From: Sulfurospirillaceae bacterium
Lineage (GTDB): Bacteria > Campylobacterota > Campylobacteria > Campylobacterales > Sulfurospirillaceae
Assembly (NCBI GenBank): GCA_033723415.1
Contig: JAWVXD010000007.1
Span: 47,091-111,090 of the forward strand
Length of the DNA: 64,000 nt
Direction of reading: 5' to 3'
Positions 57,774-64,000 of this stretch are shown in pieces (position 1 is the stretch's first letter; the number at the start of each line of letters is the position of its first letter). The notes under the pieces were generated by a model. It saw only the letters and a program-made list of their open reading frames with translations. It had not been told where the DNA came from and ran no database searches. A program made the position numbers and the translations under genes.

Positions 57774-58796
57774 TTAAATTTCAAACATCCTGTTAAGCGC
57801 TATATAGGACCACTCTCTAACATCTTCACTTATCACTATTTCATTATCAAATCTTTTCTCTTTTATAGACAATAATGTATTGTATAAATCTTTCAAAGTA
57901 GTTTCATTCATAGTCGGGCATTCAGGTTTTGACGAAGACAATATATACGTATTTTTTTCTCTCAATCTGTTTACCATATTAAATTCTGTCGCAACAACGA
58001 TCTTTTGCTCAACCGGTAATTCTTGAATGAATTTGATAATTTGACTAGTCGATCCGACAAAGTCTGCATTATCGCAAACTTCTACTTTGCACTCTGGATG
58101 CGCAACAACCAAAATATCTGGATACTTTTGTCTGTAAAATTCAATATCTTCTACATCAAAAAGTTGATGAACCGAACAAAAACCGTTATAGCAGATCACA
58201 TCTGCATCTTTTGGATCTGTTCCATCACCTATAACGCATGATTTTAATCCCATTCCTTTTGCAATATTTTGTCCGAGGCATCGATCAGGTACAAATAATA
58301 TTTTTTTGCCGCTCTCTCTAGCTTTTATAATAATCTTTTTTGCATTTGAACTTGTGCAAACCATCCCTCCCATCTGTCCTACTTTGGCTTTTACCTCAGC
58401 AGATGAATTGATATATGTTACGGGCATGATATCTTCTTTTTTTATTCCTGCTTTCTCTAAGATAGCGACATTATTGTCATAATAATCTGCATCTATCATC
58501 CTAGCCATAGCACAACACGCGATCTTGGGCATAAAAACTCTCTTGTTCGGCGCCAATATTTTGACGCTCTGTCCCATAAAACCTACTCCGCAAAAGATTA
58601 AATAATCTTTTTCATCATTAGCGGCCCATTTTGCCAGTTCTAGAGAATCTCCAGTAAAATCTGCCATATCAAAAACTTCATCTTTTTGATAATAATGTGC
58701 AACAATACTGACATCCAGCTCTTCTTTTAGTTTTTTAATTTCAATTTTTAGTTCATTGTTGTCCAATTTAAAATCCTTTGTATATAGACAATTCAT
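57774..58796 (-). CDS. nadA: quinolinate synthase NadA
   Basis: Conserved blocks AHYYQ, CCAMARM, VTYINSSA and HPEC. The real start may be the in-frame TTG at 58766 (AAGGA 7 nt upstream), because a -10 box lies only 11 nt from the ATG at 58796. Confidence 0.9.
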   Translation of the reverse strand: MNCLYTKDFKLDNNELKIEIKKLKEELDVSIVAHYYQKDEVFDMADFTGDSLELAKWAANDEKDYLIFCGVGFMGQSVKILAPNKRVFMPKIACCAMARMIDADYYDNNVAILEKAGIKKEDIMPVTYINSSAEVKAKVGQMGGMVCTSSNAKKIIIKARESGKKILFVPDRCLGQNIAKGMGLKSCVIGDGTDPKDADVICYNGFCSVHQLFDVEDIEFYRQKYPDILVVAHPECKVEVCDNADFVGSTSQIIKFIQELPVEQKIVVATEFNMVNRLREKNTYILSSSKPECPTMNETTLKDLYNTLLSIKEKRFDNEIVISEDVREWSYIALNRMFEI

Positions 58797-58807
58797 AGTA
58801 ATTTCGC

Positions 58808-58816
58808 ATTATAGCA
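58808..58816 (-). promoter_or_regulatory. extended -10 box TGCTATAAT for nadA-nadC-flhB
   Basis: An exact TGnTATAAT on the minus strand directly upstream of nadA. Confidence 0.4.
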
Positions 58817-58908
58817 AAAGCATAATTAAATTAAATTTTTGCTAGAATTTTACAGCGAAAAGATCAGAGTGCCCTAGCAGTCTAAGGCGCTAAATAAAAG
58901 GAAAAACA

Positions 58909-59535
58909 TTGGAAATTTTTTTTAATTCAAATATACAATTTTATATATTAGCCTATTTAGTAGGCGGCATACCGTTTGGTTTACTTCTTGCTAAGTACTA
59001 TGGAAAAGTCAATGTTACTGAAGTTGGAAGCGGTAGCATCGGAGCCACAAATGTTCTAAGAGCATTAAAAAGCCAAAATCCGATCCTTGCTAAAAAAGTT
59101 GCACTTGCAACTTTGGTACTTGATGTTTTAAAAGGGATTGTTGTACTTTCAATAGCAAAATTCTTAGGTATGAGCGTTGAAACTCTTTGGGCAATCGCAA
59201 TATTTTCCGTTATTGGACACTGTTATAGTCCATATCTTAAATTTGAAGGCGGCAAAGGTGTAGCAACTGGCATGGGTGTGATGTTTTTTATGCTTCCGGT
59301 TGAGACTTTGATATCACTTGCAGTATGGGCTATATGTGCTAAGACTATAAAGATCTCATCAATATCATCATTGATAGCATTTTTAACTCTTTGTATCTCA
59401 TCTTTTATAATTCATCCAAAAATTGCTGAAATAGAAACACATGCACCTATCTTGATCATCACGTTTATAATATTCTACAAACATATTCCAAATATAATGA
59501 GACTCTTCAGGGGAGAAGAAACAAAAGTAGTTTAA
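58909..59535 (+). CDS. plsY: glycerol-3-phosphate acyltransferase PlsY
   Basis: The GSGSIGATNVLR motif is present, with about six TM helices. 208 aa, TTG start after AAGGA. Confidence 0.9.
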   Translation: MEIFFNSNIQFYILAYLVGGIPFGLLLAKYYGKVNVTEVGSGSIGATNVLRALKSQNPILAKKVALATLVLDVLKGIVVLSIAKFLGMSVETLWAIAIFSVIGHCYSPYLKFEGGKGVATGMGVMFFMLPVETLISLAVWAICAKTIKISSISSLIAFLTLCISSFIIHPKIAEIETHAPILIITFIIFYKHIPNIMRLFRGEETKVV

Positions 59536-59871
59536 ATGATAATATTTATAGAAAAACTCACATTTGATGCAATATTGGGGATCTTGGACAAGGAAAGACA
59601 AGATACCCAAAAAATCACGGTTGATGCGAAAATAAGCTATGACTATACCGATAACGAGATGGTAGATTACTCACAAGTAGCTCAAATTATAGAAGATACT
59701 ATCAAAATAAAAAAATTTTATCTTATAGAAGATGCTTTAGAAGAAATTGTAACTATTTTGAAAAAAAAGTTTCCGAAAATACACAAAATCAAATTAAAAA
59801 TTTCAAAACCTGACATTATTAACAATTGCGTTGTTGGGGCGATTATTAAAAGAAAATTAAAAATTTATTAA
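59536..59871 (+). CDS. folB: dihydroneopterin aldolase-like protein FolB
   Basis: 111 aa. The N-terminal pattern F.AILGIL..ER...Q is typical of the short epsilonproteobacterial FolB. It starts at the base after the plsY stop codon. Confidence 0.65.
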   Translation: MIIFIEKLTFDAILGILDKERQDTQKITVDAKISYDYTDNEMVDYSQVAQIIEDTIKIKKFYLIEDALEEIVTILKKKFPKIHKIKLKISKPDIINNCVVGAIIKRKLKIY

Positions 59872-59908
59872 AAAATTATTAAAAAAACTTTAAATCTAGC
59901 TAAAATTA

Positions 59909-59917
59909 TGTTATAAT
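59909..59917 (+). promoter_or_regulatory. extended -10 box TGTTATAAT for the second two-component operon
   Basis: An exact TGnTATAAT 52 nt upstream of the ATG at 59970. Confidence 0.4.
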
Positions 59918-59969
59918 CTCGCTTATCTTTTTACACTAAGATAGATAAATTTTAAATTAAGGAACAATA

Positions 59970-60641
59970 ATGAGAATCCTAATTGTTGAAGACGAAGTAA
60001 CACTTGGCAGGACAATAGCAGAAGGACTTCAAGAGTTTGGCTATCAAACAGATAGCTCTGAAAATTTTAAAGATGCAGAATATTATATCGGAATAAGAAA
60101 TTATGATTTGGTTTTGGCTGACTGGATGCTACCTGATGGTGACGGTGTTGATTTGATAAATATTATTAAACAAAAATCTCCAAGAACTGCTGCTGTTATA
60201 TTGTCTGCAAAAGACGATAAAGAAAGTGAAATCAAAGCTTTGAAAGCAGGAGCCGATGATTACATAAAAAAACCATTTGATTTTGATATCTTGGTTGCAA
60301 GAATTGAAGCGAGACTTAGATTTGGCGGAACAAATGTCATAAAAATAGATGACTTGATCATTGATCCTGATGAAGAAAAGATAACATATAAAGGTCAAGA
60401 GATCGAACTCAAAGGCAAGCCATTTGAAGTACTCACTCATCTTGCAAGACATAGCGATCAAATCGTCTCTAAAGAACAACTCTTAGATGCTATCTGGGAA
60501 GAACCTGAGCTTGTTACGCCAAATGTTATCGAAGTAGCAATTAACCAAATTCGTCAAAAAATGGATAAACCATTGGAAATCTCAACTATTGAGACAGTTA
60601 GACGAAGAGGTTACAGATTTTGCTTTCCAAAAAAAGTATAA
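59970..60641 (+). CDS. OmpR family response regulator
   Basis: Receiver domain (MRILIVEDE, LVLADWMLPDGDG, KKPF) plus a winged-helix output (ETVRRRGYRF). 223 aa. Confidence 0.92.
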   Translation: MRILIVEDEVTLGRTIAEGLQEFGYQTDSSENFKDAEYYIGIRNYDLVLADWMLPDGDGVDLINIIKQKSPRTAAVILSAKDDKESEIKALKAGADDYIKKPFDFDILVARIEARLRFGGTNVIKIDDLIIDPDEEKITYKGQEIELKGKPFEVLTHLARHSDQIVSKEQLLDAIWEEPELVTPNVIEVAINQIRQKMDKPLEISTIETVRRRGYRFCFPKKV

Positions 60642-61915
60642 GAAATAGTTTTATATTACAATTAGTACTGGCATCAACGGTACTAATTGTAATTTTCTCG
60701 ATAATTTTATATAACTACATAAAAATCTCGATATACAAAGACTTAACCAACTCTCTTAAAAAAGAAGCCGCTTTAATTGCTGTATCTAAATCATCAGACC
60801 TAGGCACTATTGGTACAAGTTTATTTAATCCTGGGCTCAGCATACAGAATTTAGTAGTAAAAACTGTCGTAAGAGTGGATGCAAACTCAAAAATAACTTT
60901 TGAACATTCAACAAAACGAGGACAACATTATCTCACTATTTATTATCCATATAATGAGGCAAAAGCTCTTTTTATATCTATAACAAAAAATATCAACGAC
61001 ACCGACAAATTACTAAATGAAATATTAAAAAATATTTTGACAATTAACCTAATGGCAATTTTTTTGATCTTATTCTATGCACTTTTCTTATCGAGAATGC
61101 TGCTACTACCTGTAAAATCACTGGCTATGAAATTGGCAAATATGAACGAAAGTTTTTTGCAAATTATTGACATTAAAACCTTACCTGAAGAATTTATGCC
61201 TCTAGGCAAAAGTATCAACAGTCTAGTCAAAAGAATACAAATATTTGTAGAATACCAAAAGGAGCTATTTATAGGCACATCTCATGAATTAAAAACTCCT
61301 TTGGCTGTTATGAAAACTAAAAATGAAGTTACTCTTTTGAAACCGAGAGATAATGAAAAGTACATAGAAACCATAAAAAGCAATAACGCAACAATTGATG
61401 AAATGAATAAAATGATAAGCAATATATTAGAAATAGGCAGACAGGAGAGTGCTCATTTTGAAGAACCTATAAAGATGGACCTAATCAAATTTTTAAAAGA
61501 AAAACTGAACAATTTCAAAATACTTGCACATCAAGTAGAAAAAACACTTGAAGCTGATATATCCCCCCAAAATTATGTAATCAAAACTCAACCTACGCTG
61601 ATCATACACATATTACAAAATTTTGTTCAAAATGCTATAAAGTTTACGCCAATCGGTAAAGCCATACACATAAAATGTTTTTTACAAAATGACGGATATG
61701 TTATAAAAGTTATCGATGAGGGATGTGGAATAGATGAAAATCTTGATCTTTTTGCACCTTTTAAAAGATACGGTAACAAATCCGGAGTTGGTCTAGGATT
61801 ATTTTTAGCCCAAGGTGCTGCAAATGCAATAGGAGCTGAAATTTCGTTAAAAAATAGAAAAGATAAAACAGGTGCAATTGCTACATTATTCATCCCTATA
61901 GACAAAAAATCATAA
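60620..61915 (+). CDS. sensor histidine kinase (HisKA/HATPase_c)
   Basis: Two TM helices flank a periplasmic loop of about 115 aa. H-box SHELKTPL, N-box FVQNAIKFT and G-boxes DEGCGI / GVGLGLFLA. It overlaps the regulator gene by 22 nt. TTG start. Confidence 0.88.
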   Translation: MLSKKSIRNSFILQLVLASTVLIVIFSIILYNYIKISIYKDLTNSLKKEAALIAVSKSSDLGTIGTSLFNPGLSIQNLVVKTVVRVDANSKITFEHSTKRGQHYLTIYYPYNEAKALFISITKNINDTDKLLNEILKNILTINLMAIFLILFYALFLSRMLLLPVKSLAMKLANMNESFLQIIDIKTLPEEFMPLGKSINSLVKRIQIFVEYQKELFIGTSHELKTPLAVMKTKNEVTLLKPRDNEKYIETIKSNNATIDEMNKMISNILEIGRQESAHFEEPIKMDLIKFLKEKLNNFKILAHQVEKTLEADISPQNYVIKTQPTLIIHILQNFVQNAIKFTPIGKAIHIKCFLQNDGYVIKVIDEGCGIDENLDLFAPFKRYGNKSGVGLGLFLAQGAANAIGAEISLKNRKDKTGAIATLFIPIDKKS

Positions 61916-62000
61916 AATTTCTTAAAAAATCACTTTTTTAAATTCTCTCAAAGTATTTTTAGTGTATAAGTTTTAAAATTTTAATTTGAGGAAATAGAAT

Positions 62001-62252
62001 ATGTCACTAATGATAACAGATGAGTGCATTGCTTGTGATGCTTGCCGAGAAGAATGTCCAAACAATGCTATAGAAGAATCAGATCCAATTTACATAATCG
62101 ATCCTGATATTTGTACAGAATGTGTAGGTCACTATGATGAACCTGCTTGTATCTCAATTTGTCCGGTTGATTGCATTGTACCTGACGAAGATAACAAAGA
62201 AAGCTTGGAAGAGTTAAAATTAAAATTTGAACAATTAAATAGCGAAGATTAA
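62001..62252 (+). CDS. YfhL-like 2x[4Fe-4S] ferredoxin
   Basis: 83 aa with two cluster motifs, CIACDACREECP and CTECVGHYDEPACISICP. Confidence 0.88.
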   Translation: MSLMITDECIACDACREECPNNAIEESDPIYIIDPDICTECVGHYDEPACISICPVDCIVPDEDNKESLEELKLKFEQLNSED

Positions 62253-63721
62253 TGGCAAAAAGAACAGCCGTAATAGATATTGGTTCTAATTCCGCTAGAA
62301 TGGTTGTTTTTGAAAAAAGCAGTCATTTGGCTTTTCACATGATAAAAGAAGTGAAGAGCCAAGTACGAATAGGTGAAGGTGCATATGAAAATGGGGGTAT
62401 TTTGCAAGAAATACCTTTACAACGTGCATTTGATGCACTTGCAAGTTTTAGAAATATAATAAAAACACTAAAATGCCAAAAAACTCTGTGCGTTGCAACT
62501 TCTGCTTTTAGAGACGCTCCAAATTCAGGATCATTCATAAGAAAGATCAAAAAAGAACTTGATATTAATATAAAGATTATTGACGGTAAAAAAGAAGCTT
62601 ATTATGGCGGTGTTGCTGCCATAAACCATCTAATGCCAATAGACGAAGCAGTGACTATGGATATAGGAGGCGGTTCTACAGAATTAGCTCTTATAAAAAA
62701 TAATAAGATAATTCAAACCATATCTCTTGATGTTGGTACGGTAAGACTAAAAGAGCTATTTTTAGATAAGCATGCAGATGAAAAAGACGTAAAGGCCTAT
62801 GTTGAAGAAAACATAGAAATATTACCGGAAAATTTTCATACTAAAAAATTGATTGTGATAGGAGGTACAACAAGGTATCTCTCAAAACTAATAATGTCAA
62901 AGATAAACTATCCAATTACAACAGTTCATGCCTTTGAATATAAACTCAGCGATCATATCAATATGATAAATGAGATCAAAAATTCGCAGACAACACACCT
63001 TAAAGATTTTGGAATAAAAAAAGACAGAATAGATACTATCAGAGAAGGTCTTCATATATTTGAGGCAATAACATCTAAGCTACAGACTGAGCAAGTCATC
63101 ACATCCGGTGCAGGTGTTAGAGAAGGTGTTTATCTAAGTGATCTTTTGAGAAATAAAAATCATATATTTAATCCTACCTTTAAATTGAGCCTAAGAAGTA
63201 TTATAGATAGATTTGAAATCAAAGATATTCAAAACAATTCGGCAGTAAAATGCTCATCTAATCTGTTTGATGCCTTAGAATACATACATCAAATAGACAG
63301 TAAATATAAAAAAGAACTGGAAATATCGGCTAAACTGTATAATATAGGTATAAAATTAAATTTTTATCAAAAAAATCTTCACAGTTTTTATTTTATACTA
63401 AATAATCTCAATTATGGTTTTTCACATAAGGAAAAGATACTGATTGCCATATTGATAAAATATCATATGAAAAAGCTTCCTTCAAGTGACGATATAGCAG
63501 TTTATCAGGATCTATTACCTGATATAAATATTGTAAACTGGTTAAGCTTTATCCTTTCACTTACAAATTGTCTTCATGAAGATTTGGTAAATGCAAGTTT
63601 TGAGTTTGAATATAAGAATCACACTTTAACCATCAAATCTAGCAAAAAGCTGAATTTGACGAAAGAGTGTATTAAAAAACTCGCCAAACCAGCTTCATTT
63701 GCTATTGTATTAGAAGAATAA
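62252..63721 (+). CDS. ppx: exopolyphosphatase / guanosine pentaphosphate phosphohydrolase (Ppx/GppA family)
   Basis: ASKHA-fold N-terminus AVIDIGSNSARMVVF and MDIGGGSTEL. 489 aa. Its start overlaps the ferredoxin stop codon by 1 nt. Confidence 0.88.
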   Translation: MAKRTAVIDIGSNSARMVVFEKSSHLAFHMIKEVKSQVRIGEGAYENGGILQEIPLQRAFDALASFRNIIKTLKCQKTLCVATSAFRDAPNSGSFIRKIKKELDINIKIIDGKKEAYYGGVAAINHLMPIDEAVTMDIGGGSTELALIKNNKIIQTISLDVGTVRLKELFLDKHADEKDVKAYVEENIEILPENFHTKKLIVIGGTTRYLSKLIMSKINYPITTVHAFEYKLSDHINMINEIKNSQTTHLKDFGIKKDRIDTIREGLHIFEAITSKLQTEQVITSGAGVREGVYLSDLLRNKNHIFNPTFKLSLRSIIDRFEIKDIQNNSAVKCSSNLFDALEYIHQIDSKYKKELEISAKLYNIGIKLNFYQKNLHSFYFILNNLNYGFSHKEKILIAILIKYHMKKLPSSDDIAVYQDLLPDINIVNWLSFILSLTNCLHEDLVNASFEFEYKNHTLTIKSSKKLNLTKECIKKLAKPASFAIVLEE

Positions 63722-63726
63722 TCTTT

Positions 63727-64000
63727 TTAAAATCTTTGACCCATTGAAAATTCAAACGAAGACAAACTATCACCAGGTTTGCTCATTAATGCCTTAGCAA
63801 AGATTAGGTTTATCGGTCCCATAGGGGATACCCACTCTATACTGACACCTGTACCGGCTCTTTTTATATTAAAATTACTGTCCCCTGTCATACCATAATC
63901 AAAAAATATAGCTCCTCTTAACTTTATTCTTTCTATCAAAGGAAAGCTTGCTTCAACGCTATTTGCAAACATAGCCTTTCCACCCAAAAGTGCTCCGCTA
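63727..64000 (-). CDS. bamA: outer membrane protein assembly factor BamA, C-terminal end only (5' part lies right of the window)
   Basis: The frame is open to the window edge. The C-terminal strands ...GTGVSIEWVSPMGPINLIFAKAL...FEFSMGQRF end in an aromatic residue, the Omp85 barrel signature. Confidence 0.75.
   Translation of the reverse strand, partial: SGALLGGKAMFANSVEASFPLIERIKLRGAIFFDYGMTGDSNFNIKRAGTGVSIEWVSPMGPINLIFAKALMSKPGDSLSSFEFSMGQRF

Noticed and set aside
61916-61950. The A/T-only inverted repeat TTAAAAAATCACTTTTTTAA after the second histidine kinase, as a possible terminator.
   Set aside because: The stem consists solely of A-T pairs, so predicted stability is very low. This is not enough to call a terminator.
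1-64000. Homopolymeric G or C tracts as phase-variation switches, as in Campylobacter and Helicobacter contingency genes.
   Set aside because: The longest G/C runs I found are 5-6 nt (for example at 21884 and 61565) and lie in housekeeping or kinase genes. The autotransporter genes contain none. A/T runs of 8-9 nt are common background in this composition.

Overview
This is a densely coding (roughly 95%) chromosomal segment from an AT-rich member of the Campylobacterota (epsilonproteobacteria). From memory, the gene order matches two conserved Campylobacter/Helicobacter blocks. One is aroQ-pepQ-folK-flhF-flhG-(small membrane ORF)-fliA-fliM-fliY. The other is M23 peptidase-lpxC-tsaB-thrB-ylxR-infB-rbfA-rimP.

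I call 58 protein-coding genes. Two are edge-truncated and missing from the ORF track: mnmA at the left edge and bamA at the right edge. I saw no rRNA, tRNA, CRISPR array, IS element or prophage.

Transcription units can be read from 4-11 nt gene overlaps or tiny gaps. The extended -10 motif TGnTATAAT also recurs in the correct orientation ahead of operon-first genes.

The accessory-looking content is:
1. Two tandem paralogous autotransporters (16.9-21.3 kb) with internal in-frame repeats, a duplication scar, and a Cys-rich lipoprotein hydrolase downstream.
2. A two-component system followed by a ttrBCA-order molybdopterin oxidoreductase (tetrathionate-reductase-like), with a convergent class II cytochrome c (31.1-39.0 kb).
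3. An operon of a P3A (plant/fungal-type) H+-ATPase, PPK2 and an MgtC/DUF4010 membrane protein (39.1-43.8 kb).
4. A roughly 12 kb, nine-gene minus-strand operon: MarR, an OMP-MFP-RND pump, a patatin-like phospholipase, and a YbhGFSR-like ABC-2 exporter (43.8-55.7 kb).

I cannot identify an unambiguously new system from sequence alone. The best candidates for a second look are items 3 and 4, the patatin gene in particular, and the autotransporter locus. All functional calls rest on motif recognition by eye; no database search was run.
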